The position numbers and the translations under genes were made by a program. The notes beneath the pieces are model-generated. The model was not told where the DNA came from, searched no databases, and saw only the letters and a list, made by a program, of their open reading frames with translations. From Candidatus Marinacidobacterales bacterium (GTDB lineage Bacteria > Acidobacteriota > Vicinamibacteria > Marinacidobacterales > SMYC01): a stretch of 64,000 bases of DNA. Location of the stretch: the NCBI GenBank assembly GCA_965237955.1, contig OZ250169.1, forward strand, positions 512,001 to 576,000. The letters are read 5' to 3'. Below, one piece after another: positions 30,690 to 42,343 of the stretch (the stretch's first letter is position 1; each line of letters starts with the position of its first letter).

Positions 30690-30953
30690 ATGGGCTTGAC
30701 TCAGATATCCTTGACCGCATCCGCACCGAAAGTCAGGACGAGTCCGAGAAGGGGCGCTGGTTCGAGCAGTTGTTCATGCGCATTGCGCTTCAACAACCTT
30801 GAATTTGAGCTCAACGGGATCTGGCGCCGGCCCGACTGGCCCGAGCGTGAGGTGTTGACTGGCCGAGACACTGGAATAGACTTCGTCGCACGGTGGACCA
30901 CAGGCGAGCGGGTCGCCATCCAGTGCAAGTGCTACGAGGATCGCTGTACTCTT
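30690..30953 (+). pseudogene. N-terminal remnant of a type ISP / Mrr-like nuclease
   Basis: Frameshifted EKGRWFEQL...IWRRPDWP...DTGIDFVA...AIQCKCY; paralogous to the start of the 37717 ORF. Confidence 0.7.
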
Positions 30954-31811
30954 TCGTGGATGAGGTATCGCTTGCCAAGGAGGAAACCATCCCACATGTC
31001 AGTGAGGTTTCTTGCCACCTGCTTCATCCACTCCCCGTTGGGGTCCGACGTTATCCCACCGATGCACACGCAGCGAGTGGCGATATCGATGACAAACAGG
31101 ACATGGTAGCGGACGAGCCCGAACGGGTTCACAACCTCGACGGTGAACAGGTCTGTCGCAGCGATGGCGCCCCAATGAGCCTTGATGAAGGTGCTCCACG
31201 ACATGCTCCTGCCCCGCTCCGGCGCAGGAGCGATACCGTGCTCGGCGAGGATCCTCTTGATAGTGTTGCGTCCGAGTTCATGTCCTAGGTTCTTGAGTGC
31301 GCCTCGCAGGCGCGTATATCCCCACGTCGGGTTCTCCCGCGCCACGCGCACAATGAGCTCACGGATGTCCTTCGCCGTCGGAGGCCGGCCTGGGCTCCGG
31401 TTCTTGCTGCCATCGTACTTGGCTGCGATGAGGTGGCGGCACCAGCGCAGAAGCGTAGCGGGTGTGGCAACGGACGCAATCTGGGCCAGCGCCTCGCGGC
31501 CCAAAGCCTGGGCCTTGACCGCGAGCCTGCGCCGGTCGTCGTCCGAGAGCCTGAGACGCTTGCCCCGAAGCCCGGCTCGGAGCACACGGTTCTCCTCTTG
31601 CTGGTAGTCGATCACATCCTGCTGCTGGCGGTTGACCCAGCCAGCTAGAACGAGCAGTAGGAATTGCACGTGGTACGTCATCATGGACCTGAAGATAACA
31701 CCCTCGGGCCAGACGATTGTAAAGCCTACGGCCCTTGGCCCCGGCGCAAACACAGACACTAAGCTGCTGATTTATGGCCTATTTCAAAAGGGCCGAGTTT
31801 TGGCACAGGAC
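30954..31811 (-). mobile_element. IS family A, 3'-truncated copy
   Basis: Near-identical to 38487-39343; breaks at RYLIH. Confidence 0.9.
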
Positions 31812-32014
31812 GGGTTCCGACCTGTGTTTCGGGGTTTCCAGCCGAGACCGGATAGCACCAGACTGCCCGTCGTGTCCGAAAATACGAACGGAGCCCGAAA
31901 GCTCGAATCCTAGAGGCGTTCTCGAAATTCGCAGAGACCAGCCGACGTGGCACTGGCTCTGTGATAGGCGCTCCCGAGCAGACCTCTCATTCTGGCTCCC
32001 ATTGCCAACCAAGA

Positions 32015-32310
32015 CTAGACACCTTGTCGCATCCGGTAACTGTTTCCCCGGATGTTGACGAGGTGACAGTGGTGGAGGATTCGGTCAATGAGGGCGGCAG
32101 CCATGACCTCGTCACCGATGATCTCGCCCCATTCCTCGAAGCTCTTGTTTGAGGTGAGGACGGTGGAGGCGTGCTCGTAGCGTCGGCTCATGAGCTGGAA
32201 GAAGAGTACTGCGCCTGTCTGGCTAACCGGCAAGTAGCCGATTTCGTCGACGACGAGCAGTGAGGGATGGCTGAGTACGGCGAGTCGGCGTGCCAAGGCT
32301 CCGGCAGCTC
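32015..32310 (-). pseudogene. istB: IS21 helper ATPase IstB C-terminal remnant
   Basis: LLVVDEIGYLP...LFFQLMSRRYE..STVLTSNKSFEEWG...ALIDRILHH...GNSYRM. Confidence 0.85.
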
Positions 32311-32676
32311 GAGTTCGTCCGCACGGACAATATTGATATCCGTGTTCCGGTCTATTGATATTCACTGGGCGTAGTCGAAATATCCTATACTCTAAACCCT
32401 AATCGCAAATAAATGTCACCGTGTCTGAGGTCTTTGGCCCCGTGAATAGCACCTTTTCCAGGTTCTGCATACACCGTGCAGAATCACCTATAGTGGCGGC
32501 GATCGGGTGCCCCAGCACGAGCTTCTCGCCTGCGCCCAGTGCAGCTGTTTCGCGTTTTCGTGCTTCGAAGATTGTTCGATTAGGGTAAACTGTTCATATA
32601 TACGTTATTCAGTTGAAGTTGAACCTACGTTCGTGGGAAGGTTCAGTTAGCCCTCAGTACAGAAAGACGCCTTCAC

Positions 32677-34098
32677 GTGGTCGAAGAAAATAGAACGCTA
32701 GAGGGGTACCACCTAGATGGGCACTACAACCTCAAAGGGCAATGGTGGATTCCATCGGATCCGGTACGAAAGACAACAGGAAATTTAGAGCTCAAGGGAT
32801 ACGACGGAGCGTATCTCGAAGTCGAGAACGCCTTCTCTACTGAAGTGGATCGCAATACCTTCACGAACTACCCGGTGCTCGTGGGCGTAACCCACAGCGG
32901 TATCGAAGTGACGCTCTGCAATTGCCAGCAAACCGAAAAGTCACTCCTCCTATCTGCTGGATCGCGGTATCTCATCGAATTAGTCTTCATTGGACGTCAC
33001 TTTCAGAGACCAGGGCAAATTAAATTTCGCGCAGTCTATTTGTGGCTCCACAACCTTGACGAGTGGCTCAACTCCAGCGGTTTCACATTACCTACGTCGT
33101 TCAACCTTGAAGAAATGCGCTTCAAATACTGTCGACCCAAGGACATCGAATTGCACGCGAACGCGAGTCGACGGTTATCCGCCGGATTCTCCGTCTACGG
33201 ACCCAAGTACACCACCGTACAAAAAAGCATTGAGCTTCGGCAAGCCGCCTACCTGAAGGTCGAACGAAAGAGCGGTAAGAACCTGAGAGACTACATGGCC
33301 ACGAGTAGAGCGGTGCAGACTTTCTTGGCGCTCGCAATTCGTGGCACGGTGTACCCGCGAAAGGTCATGGCGGTTTATCGGAACGAACGAACAACAATCG
33401 ACGTCTTTTTCGTTCCCACGTTGCGATCAGAGTCCAGTCTCACGTCCCCCGTTGATATGGTTTTTTCCTTGCCAGACGTGTCCTCTGAGATTGACTCGAT
33501 GATGAACCTATGGTTTCGTAAATGGCTACGGTTGAAACCACTTTGCAACATCTACCTTGGTGTTCTCTACGGCAAAGAGCTGTACATGGAGAACAGATTC
33601 TTGGGCATGGTGCAGATTTTGGAGACGTACCATCGAAGATTTATTGGTGGGCAGTACCAGAACAAGGAAGAGTTCGAAAAGTCCGTCTACCCGACGCTCG
33701 TTGGAGCGATTCCCGACCACATAAACCGCGAGTATCGTGATAGCCTCAAGGGCAAGATAAGCTTCGGACACGAATATTCCTTAAGAAAGCGTCTTCGAGA
33801 TCTCATACGAAGAGTTCCCGAAAAGATCAAAGGAGAGATTTTCGGCGATGCTAGCAAGGCAGAAGGGAGATTCGTGGAGAAGGTCGTGGCGACTCGCAAC
33901 TATTTGACGCACTACACGAAGGAGCTAGAGTCTGTGGCCGTTACCGGCGAAAAACTCTATTGGTTCTACGTAAAACTTCGGATTTTGTCCGAAACTATTT
34001 TCCTGAGGGAGATGGGTATCCCCCCGAAACGGATCGAGCGCTTCTTAATGAAGAACGACGGATATCGTCAAGAATTTCGTTCTTGTCGTGACATCTAA
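32677..34098 (+). CDS. ApeA-like protein (ApeA N-terminal domain + HEPN), putative anti-phage RNase
   Basis: GQWWIPS..GNL..G..TLCNC N-terminus, LDEW, FLGMVQILETYHR, SLRKRL, TRNYLTHY (RxxxxH). Lower GC than its flanks. Confidence 0.85.
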   Translation: MVEENRTLEGYHLDGHYNLKGQWWIPSDPVRKTTGNLELKGYDGAYLEVENAFSTEVDRNTFTNYPVLVGVTHSGIEVTLCNCQQTEKSLLLSAGSRYLIELVFIGRHFQRPGQIKFRAVYLWLHNLDEWLNSSGFTLPTSFNLEEMRFKYCRPKDIELHANASRRLSAGFSVYGPKYTTVQKSIELRQAAYLKVERKSGKNLRDYMATSRAVQTFLALAIRGTVYPRKVMAVYRNERTTIDVFFVPTLRSESSLTSPVDMVFSLPDVSSEIDSMMNLWFRKWLRLKPLCNIYLGVLYGKELYMENRFLGMVQILETYHRRFIGGQYQNKEEFEKSVYPTLVGAIPDHINREYRDSLKGKISFGHEYSLRKRLRDLIRRVPEKIKGEIFGDASKAEGRFVEKVVATRNYLTHYTKELESVAVTGEKLYWFYVKLRILSETIFLREMGIPPKRIERFLMKNDGYRQEFRSCRDI

Positions 34099-34303
34099 GC
34101 GCGCTTTCCTGGGATCCCGTGTGGTCAAAATACTCGAACGCCCAGCAGGTCAGAAAATTGCGTCTTCCCAAAGGCCACCCGTACGCGTCGTATCCAAAAA
34201 CACAAACGAACTCAAGACCCGTAATTCCCAAAACTTGTAAGCAGGCGCTTCTGCACACGGGTCTGCACTTCGACTAGCATTCTTATTTTCATCCTGGTTT
34301 TGC

Positions 34304-34590
34304 ATGCCCAGAAACGCGCAGGTTGTTCGACAGTGGCTCTTACTGGAGAGACTCGAACGCTCGAAGGGAGCGACCCTGGACGAGCTCGTGGACAGCTTAC
34401 CGTCCGACCATCCGTGCCACGCGCGCACGGTTCGGCGCGATCTCGAGGCGCTCGAAGCCCGGTTTCCGCTCATCACAGAACGAAGACGGGGCAAGACCAT
34501 ATGGCGCCTCATGGACGGCTTCGACCGAACAATCCGCCTCGCGTTCTACCAGACAGAACTTATGGCGCTTGTATTCTCGAAGGATCTTCA
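34304..34590 (+). pseudogene. wHTH N-terminus of a WYL-type regulator, truncated
   Basis: RQWLLLERL...GATLDEL...RTVRRDLEALE; no WYL domain follows. Confidence 0.6.
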
Positions 34591-34663
34591 AGAGGTGTTG
34601 ATCAACAGAAGGAGTACGCAAGACGATGACTGCACCCGACGCACAACTACTGAGCCAGGACGC

Positions 34664-37600
34664 TCATGCAGAGGTCACCGCTGCCAACCTTCTCGAACGT
34701 CTCGACCTCGAGCGGTTGGATATATCCAACCGCTTAGCGGTCGATCCGAAGCGACGAGCTGCGTAGTCGTAGCGCAGCACGGTCGTCCACGCCTCGCGTA
34801 GCACCCTGACTGGTTCGGCTCCAGTCGCCACGTCGTGAAGCCGCCCGACACGGGCCAGATCCGCCGCCTGCCCCGTCGCGTCCTCCAGCCGTGCGTGCAG
34901 AAGCGCCGCGTTCATGAGCAGCAATACGCTGACCATGCATGCATCGGCATGAGCGTCCGTGTCCTGCAAATGCTCCATGCCGAGCACCGAACGCAACCGC
35001 CCCTCCAGCCCTTCGTGGCGCAAGTGGTCCGATGCGCGACGCACCGGCTCCATCAGCAGGTTGAAGTCGCGTACGTCGTTCCCGCGCAGTCCCGACTTCT
35101 CCATCACCTCGACGCGCAGATCGCGGCCCACGCCGTCTTGACGGATCTGTTCCAGGAGTCGCTGCGTCGGCGACGATCCGGGCGGACGCTGTTGCTCGGC
35201 CACGTCGCGTCGAGAAGGGCGTCGCCGGGGCCGGCGCGGCAACGGCTCGTGTTGCTCGGCCCGCTCGCGCGCCCGCTCCAGGGTTTTGGCCACGTCCACG
35301 CCGCCTTGCCGTTCCATGGACCGCGCCGCTTCCTGCACGGTACATGTGACACCGCTTCGCCGACGCTGGAGCACCAGCACCGCTGGCGATTCCTTCAGCG
35401 TGCGCTCGTCATCACCCGGCGGGCCGTCGGTAAACCGGGCTGGCGTACCTGGCGACATCGGCTGCTCGCGCCATTGGAACCCCTTGTCCGGCGTCAAGTA
35501 CTCCGTGACAGAGGCAGAGGCCTCATCCCACGCTGGCACCTTCGCTTGATTCACCGCGCTCTCGGCGTAGCCCCGCGGTCCCGTCCACACGCCCACACGG
35601 GTGACAGGCCCGTCGTTCACCACGACCGCCTGCCGCACCGGCTGCTCGTCCTCCGGCGGCACGTAGATCTGCAACAGGCTCGAGATCTCGTCCTCGATGC
35701 GCCCATCGTGCGCCCGCAGCGCCCGCAAGACCTCACCGAGCACCCTCCACTCGTCGCCGAGCGTGTCCATCGACAGGCTCGTCTCCGCGTCAATGCCCCG
35801 CGGCAGAGGAACTGGCACGATCACGTACCCGTATTGCTTCCCCGGCGCCCGGCGCATGCAGCGGCCGACGATCTGGATCACGTCAGTCGGGCTGCGGCGC
35901 ACGGCCAGGAGCGCCACGGCGTCGAGACTCGGACTGTCCGTTCCCTCTCCGAAAATCCCGACGTTCGCGATCCCGCGCGGCTTCTCGGCATCCGCCGCCG
36001 CGAGATCACGCAGTGCCCGCCGCCGTTCGCGCACCGGGTGCCCCGCGTCGAGATGCTCCACGGCATACGGCCGCGCAGCTCCTTCGACGCCGCCCTCGCT
36101 AAAGTACCGCTCGATCTCCGAGCGCCCCTCGTCGCTGTCGAGCCACTTCACCATCTGGTCGGAACGCTGGACCTTGTTCAGGAACGCCAGCGACCGGCTT
36201 ACGCGCACACTCCCATCGTCTCCGGCCGCTCCGCCGGCAAGCGTCACCCCGTAGACCAGCCAGGAGAGCGCCTCGTTGGTCGTCAGTCCGCGCGACTCGT
36301 GCGACTGCTCGAACCGCTGGACGATGCGATTGGCCGCCGTCCACGCACGTTCATCGACGCCAATCGCGATGATCCGGTAGTCGCACAGAAAACCCTTCTC
36401 GACCGCCTCCTTGTACGGCAGACGGTAGGCCATCGGACCGAAGATCGACTCGTCCGACATGCTCGCCACGATCCACTTCCTGCGGTCGATACGGGCGACC
36501 CTCGCGTTGCTCGCATCGTAGACGCGGGGCGTCGCCGTCTGGTACAGCCGGTACCGGGCCGGAAACGCATTCTGGTCGTGGCACAGCGTAAACACCCGCA
36601 GCCGCTCCCCTTGCCGCCGGCTCTTGACCGGCCGCAACTGGGCCGTCCGGTGCGCCTCGTCCAGAATCAGGACCTGCGCAAACCGGCGCTCCGCAAGCAG
36701 CGCGTCCGCCGTGTGGTGCGCCGACTGGTACGTCGAGAAGATGATGCGCAGGTCGGTCGAGCCCGCGCCGGCGCGAAGCCAGTCGGCAACCGCCTCTGCG
36801 CTCTGGGCCACCCGACAACCGACATCAGCCGCGTGGACCTGGCCGGCGTCCCGCGTCGGATCCGCCGCGAGATCCGGATCCCGCTCGACATCGACATGTC
36901 CTGCCGTCGCGTCGCTGCACACCGCCAGCGTCCGCACCGGACGACCGATGTGCGACAGGTACTCCCGCCGCACCTGCGCGATCAACGCGATGCTCGGTAC
37001 GAGCACTACGCCGAGATCGCCCGGTCCCGACAACTCCGACATGATCCGCATCGACACGCGAGTCTTGCCGGTTCCGCAGGGCAGCACGAGCGTCGCCCGC
37101 GCCGCGTCACGCGGCATCCAGTCCGCCGGGTTGCTACCGAGCCAGCGGTCCCGGTGTTCCGGCAAACCGGCTCGAAGCGCCTGCACGCACGCGGCCACCA
37201 CCTCTTGCTGCATCGCCGTACGCGGGTCAGGCTCGGTCGACGCCCGTTCCCGTTCCCGCGCATCTGCCAGAGCTTCGGCCAACGCCGCCTCGAAATCGAT
37301 GAACGTCACCTCCGCGACGGCGGCGGCGTCCTCCGTCACCGCACTTCTGTGGGCTTCCGCCACCATCCAGCGCTCCGCGAACAACGACGCCGGCGCAGCA
37401 CCGCCGAACTTTTGCACCTGCGTCGTCGTCACTGACCCGTCGCCGCTCCGCGCCTTGCACTGGATCGCAACGCGCGACCCGTCATGCTTGATGGCCACAA
37501 GGTCGATGCCGGCATCGTGCGACGGCAGGGGAGCGCCTACCAAAGTCCGATCCGGCCACTCCCGGTAGCGCCAGCACTTGGCGATCTCCCAACTCGGAAT

Positions 37601-37717
37601 ATTTTCGGCATGCCGGAGCACGGCGTCCTCGAACTTCGTCCCGTCAAACCGCCGCGCGTCTCTGTCGGCCTGCAAGGACGCGAGCGTTTCGTCAAGACTC
37701 GAAACCTGATCCATCAT
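34664..37717 (-). pseudogene. Type ISP-like R-M enzyme (Mrr-like nuclease + SF2 helicase), truncated before the methyltransferase domain
   Basis: DAGIDLVA..AIQCK, LPCGTGKT, STYQS, DEAHRT, TATP, EGTDSPSLD, QIVGRCMR. Similarity ends at VLRYDY near 34760, with no NPPY motif. Confidence 0.75.
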
Positions 37718-37748
37718 GGTCGCGTGGAAGTCTACATCGTGAGAGCCC

Positions 37749-38028
37749 GTCGTGTCCGAAAATACGAACGGAGCCCGAAAGCTCGAATCTTAGAGGCGTT
37801 CTCAAAATTCGCGGAGATCAGCCGACGCGACACTGGCTCTGCGATAGGCGAACTCGAGCAGAAGCTCTCCTCCAGACCATCCGTTACGTCCAGCTCGTGC
37901 GCCGGAACTCCTATGCGGCGGCGCGGTGGTAATAGTGGAGCATGCCACCCAATCGCTCACGACATCGCACCTTCCCGTGGCGGCTGCCGACGCATTCTTC
38001 CGCTTCGATCAACGCGTTCCCCAACCCC
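37749..38028 (-). mobile_element. 3' remnant of a family-A-related IS adjoining the full family A copy
   Basis: GLGNALIE...RERLGGMLHYYHRAAA*, then a terminus matching 31869 and 63608. Confidence 0.8.
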
Positions 38029-39343
38029 GTCGTGTCCAAAAACACGAACGAACTCACCACCTCGGGCCTTTGGGAAGGTGCAAACTGCTGACCCGCTGGA
38101 CGTTCGAGTATTTGGACCAGACGGGCTACCGTCGCCGGCGACAATCTACGCGGCACGGCAGTAGTAGTTGAGAATGCCCCCAAGTCGCTCTCGCGACACG
38201 ATGGGGCCAGCGTCATTCGCGCTTGCCGGCAGAGGTGTGAGGAGCTCGTTGCCGAGACCTTGGTGGTTCCGTTCTGTGTGATAGTGCACTACGTATTCGG
38301 TTACCGCTGTGCGCAGGTGTCGCTCACTGAGAGGTACGAAGCGGTCGAGACACTCTCGACGTATGGAGAGAACGAATCTTTCCGCATATGCGTTCAGATT
38401 CGGACTATTAGCGGGAAGGCGAAGGGGCTTCACGCCTGAATCTCTCAACAGACCACGTACCGCCTCGGTGAATAGCGGGTCCCGGTCGTGGATGAGGTAT
38501 CGCTTGCCAAGGAGGAAACCATCCCACATGTCCGTGAGGTTTCTTGCCACCTGCTTCATCCACTCCCCGTTGGGGTCCGACGTTATCCCACCGATGCACA
38601 CGCAGCGAGTGGCGATATCGATGACAAACAGGACATGGTAGCGGACGAGCCCGAACGGGTTCACAACCTCGACGGTGAACAGGTCTGTCGCAGCGATGGC
38701 GCCCCAATGAGCCTTGATGAAGGTGCTCCACGACATGCTCCTGCCCCGCTCCGGCGCAGGAGCGATACCGTGCTCGGCGAGGATCCTCTTGATAGTGTTG
38801 CGTCCGAGTTCATGTCCTAGGTTCTTGAGTGCGCCTCGCAGGCGCGTATATCCCCACGTCGGGTTCTCCCGCGCCACGCGCACAATGAGCTCACGGATGT
38901 CCTTCGCCGTCGGAGGTCGGCCTGGACTCCGGTTCTTGCTGCCATCGTACTTGGCTGCGATGAGGTGGCGGTACCAGCGCAGAAGCGTAGCGGGTGTGGC
39001 AACGGACGCAATCTGGGCCAGCGCCTCGCGGCCCAAAGCCTGGGCCTTGACCGCGAGCCTGCGCCGGTCGTCGTCCGAGAGACTGAGACGCTTGCCCCGA
39101 AGCCCGGCTCGGAGCACACGGTTCTCCCCTTGCTGGTAGTCGATCACATCCTGCTGCTGGCGGTTGACCCAGCCAGCTAGAACGAGCAGTAGGAATTGCA
39201 CGTGGTACGTCATCATGGAGCTGAAGATAACACCCTCGGGCCAGACGATTGTAAAGCCTACGGCCCTTGGCCCCGGCGCAAACACAGACACTAAGCTGTT
39301 GATTTATGGCCTATTTCAAAAGGGCCGAGTTTTGGCACAGGAC
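38029..39343 (-). mobile_element. IS family A, full copy (about 1315 bp)
   Basis: Imperfect IRs GTCCTGTGCCAAAA / GTCGTGTCCAAAAA; no direct target repeat. Confidence 0.85.
38146..39216 (-). CDS. Integrase-core (DDE) transposase, family A
   Basis: [33 protein letters not shown] / IHDRD / [20 protein letters not shown]. Confidence 0.92.
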   Translation of the reverse strand: MMTYHVQFLLLVLAGWVNRQQQDVIDYQQGENRVLRAGLRGKRLSLSDDDRRRLAVKAQALGREALAQIASVATPATLLRWYRHLIAAKYDGSKNRSPGRPPTAKDIRELIVRVARENPTWGYTRLRGALKNLGHELGRNTIKRILAEHGIAPAPERGRSMSWSTFIKAHWGAIAATDLFTVEVVNPFGLVRYHVLFVIDIATRCVCIGGITSDPNGEWMKQVARNLTDMWDGFLLGKRYLIHDRDPLFTEAVRGLLRDSGVKPLRLPANSPNLNAYAERFVLSIRRECLDRFVPLSERHLRTAVTEYVVHYHTERNHQGLGNELLTPLPASANDAGPIVSRERLGGILNYYCRAA

Positions 39344-40774
39344 GGGGTCGAGATCCCGGTTGCCGCATCGGAGCCGGGGGGCAGGTATGGCCCGGGCGGT
39401 GGCGCTCGGCTGGACGGTGGCGTCGGCAGTGTGGGGCCGGGCGTCAGCGCGTTGCCCACCCTGCGCCGACGAATGCTCCGGGACCGCCTGGCGCGCAGTG
39501 CCTTCGAACTGGGCCTCGGCAGGCAGCCGGACGGGGAGGCGCCGTCCGGGCCGCCGTCCGGTCTGACCGTCTGGGGCCGCGGCGACATCAGCCAGTTCGC
39601 CGGCAGGCCGGACGACGGGCTGGCGCTCGATGGCGACACCGTGACGGCACTGGTCGGCGGCGACTACCGCTGGAGCCCACGGGGGCTGGCGGGCGTCGCG
39701 GTCGCCCGCTCGAGCAGCACCATCCGCTACGCGAGCAGCCGGGCGGGCGATGGCTCGATTGACGCCCGCGTGATCACCTTGCAGCCCTACGTCTACCTCT
39801 CGCCCCGCCCGAACCTCGGCGTGTGGGGGCTGGCAGGGGTCGGCTGGGGCGGCCTTGACCTCGCCGACCTCGAGTCTCAGGGGGACACGACTCTGGACGC
39901 CGACCTCTCGCTCCGGATCGCGGCTGCGGGCGTCCGGCAGGCTCTGGCATCGACCGGCCGGGTTGACTGGGCAATGAAGGCGGACGGCGTCGTCGTCGGC
40001 CTGACGACGGCGGCAGTCGAGGGGCTGCCGGCAGTGGAGGCGGCGAGCGCGCGGCTGCGGGCGGCGGTCGAGGGCCGAGTCGAGATGGCGGTGCGCCCGT
40101 CGCTACGGGTCAGTCCGTCGGTCGAGGTGGGTGCGCGGTACGATGGCGGCGACGCCGACACCGGCAGCGGCCTGGAAGTGGGCGGCGGGCTGGCGGTGGA
40201 ACATCTGCCGACCGGTCTGAGCCTCAGTGCCCAGGGCCGCTACCTGGTGACGCATCACGCGGAGGCATTCGAGGAGTGGGGCGCGGGCCTCACGCTGCGG
40301 GTCGATCGGGGCCAGGCAGGGCGCGGGCTGGCGCTGACGCTGGCGCCGATGTGGGGCGAGACAGTGAGCGGCGGCGTGCAGGCGCTCTGGTTGGACCAGC
40401 GGCAGCTGGCGCGGCAAACCGGTGCTGTCGGCCGGCCGCCGGGCGGACTGACGCTGCGACAGGAGGTGAGCTACGGCCTCGGCCTCGGTGGCCAGGGACT
40501 GATCACGCCGCTGGCCGGGGTCGATCTCGACGCCCGGGGCGGGCGGCGGCTCCAGGTCGGCGCGCGGCTAGCGGTCAACTGGGCGGGTGCCGCAGCGAAC
40601 GGCGGCGGCCTCCAGCTGGAAGTGCTGGGCGAGCAGACGACGCGGCAGACCCTGCCGCCCGACTACCGGCCTGGGGCTCTTCGGGACGTTGCGCTTCGGT
40701 GCTGGGGAGAATTAGTCGGAACGCTAAGCATGGTACTTTCGAGTGAACGAACGATTTCGGTCACTCCCCGATGA
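39344..40774 (+). pseudogene. Autotransporter beta-barrel domain remnant (passenger domain removed by IS)
   Basis: VWGRGD..F, LDGD...GGDY, RYDGGDADTGSGLEVGGG, FEEWGA, GRGLALTLAPMWG. Markedly higher GC. The ORF N-terminus is IS-derived. Confidence 0.7.
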
Positions 40775-41085
40775 CCTCCGCCCACGCGGGCGGTGCCATT
40801 GCTGTCAAGTTGACGAAAAGCTAGCTGACCGAACCCCAAGATACTGAGCTCGAGCCCGTCGTGAACCCACCATGCTGGGCATCAGAAACGGCCGTCAGCC
40901 TCAACTTAACAATGCCGGCTCTGCGGTTCGGACACCAGTTCTGGACTCCGGCGATGCGCGAGGTGACCGGTGGCTCACGAAGTTGTTGAGGGTTTACATT
41001 CAGGCATGCCCAAAGAGGCTTGGTGCCGCGCCTGAGGTGCGCGCGGACCGGTTCTGGCGTCTGCCGGCAGGTCATGGGAGGTTCG

Positions 41086-41365
41086 GTGCTGCGATACAGA
41101 GTGACACTCGGTCTCGTCGTCTTCTGCGTGGCCGGCGTGGCGCTGGCTCCGGCCGCGGCGCAATGCGGGCAGGTTGCCGGCCAAGTCGTTGATGCGACCG
41201 GCGGCGTGCTGCCGGGGGCGACCGTCACGCTGATCGGCGGCGCTGGCGGGCCGCGGGCCACGCAGACCGGCGCCCAGGGCCAGTTTGCGTTCACCGGCCT
41301 CTCCCCCGGCATCTACACGGTGACCATCTTCCTGAGCGGCTTCGGCGAGGTGACGGTGGGCGATA
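41086..41365 (+). pseudogene. Signal peptide + carboxypeptidase-regulatory-like domain (TonB-dependent receptor N-terminus), truncated
   Basis: GGAGG-GTG start; GQVVDATGGVLPGATVTL...GQFAFTGLSPGIYTVTIFLSGF. Confidence 0.7.
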
Positions 41366-41435
41366 CGCTCGCAAGGAAGAGTCGGTGCGTGGTCGCCGTC
41401 ACGGAACCAACCCGGGCACGGTAGGGCTTGCCGGC

Positions 41436-42313
41436 CAGCTCACGGATGTCCTTCGCCGTCGGAGGTCGGCCTGGGCTCCGGTTCTTGCTGCCATCGTACT
41501 TGGCTGCGATGAGGCAGCGGTACCAACGCAGAAGCGTAGCGGGTGTGGCAACGGACGCAATCTGGGCCAGCGCCTCGCGGCCCAAAGCCTGGGCCTTGAC
41601 CGCGAGCCTGCGCCGCTCGTCGTCCGAGAGACTGAGACGCTTGCCCCGAAGCCCGGCTCGGAGCACACGGTTCTCCTCTTGCTGGTAGTCGATCACATCC
41701 TGCTGCTGGCGGTTGACCCAGCCAGCTAGAACGAGCAGTAGGAATTGCACGTGGTACGTCATCATGGATCTGAAGATAACACCCTCGGGCCAGACGATTG
41801 TAAAGCCTACGGCCCTTGGCCCCGGCGCAAACACAGACAACTAAGCTGCTGATTTATGGCCTATTTCAAAAGGGCCGAGTTTTGGCACAGGACGGGCTCC
41901 GGTTCTTGCTGCCATCGTACTTGGCTGCGATGAGGCAGCGGTACCAACGCAGAAGCGTAGCGGGTGTGGCAACGGACGCAATATGGGCCAGCGCCTCGCG
42001 GCCCAAAGCCTGGGCCTTGACCGCGAGCCTGCGCCGGTCGTCGTCCGAGAGCCTGAGACGCTTGCCCCGAAGCCCGGCTCGGAGCACACGGTTCTCCTCT
42101 TGCTGGTAGTCGATCACATCCTGCTGCTGGCGGTTGACCCAGCCAGCTAGAACGAGCAGTAGGAATTGCACGCGGTACGTCATCATGGATCTGAAGATAA
42201 CACCCTCGGGCCAGACGATTGTAAAGCCTACGGCCCTTGGCCCCGGCGCAAACACAGACACTAAGCTGCTGATTTATGGCCTATTTCAAAAGGGCCGAGT
42301 TTTGGCACAGGAC
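41436..42313 (-). mobile_element. Two tandem 5' fragments of IS family A (41436-41893 and 41894-42313)
   Basis: Each carries the left end and the first ~100 codons of the transposase. Confidence 0.9.
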
Positions 42314-42343
42314 GCGGAAAGGAAGGGCGCTCCCACAATGGAA

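Noticed and set aside
34835-37435. 866-aa plus-strand ORF
   Set aside because: Antisense shadow of the GC-rich type ISP helicase gene; Arg/His-rich with no motifs.
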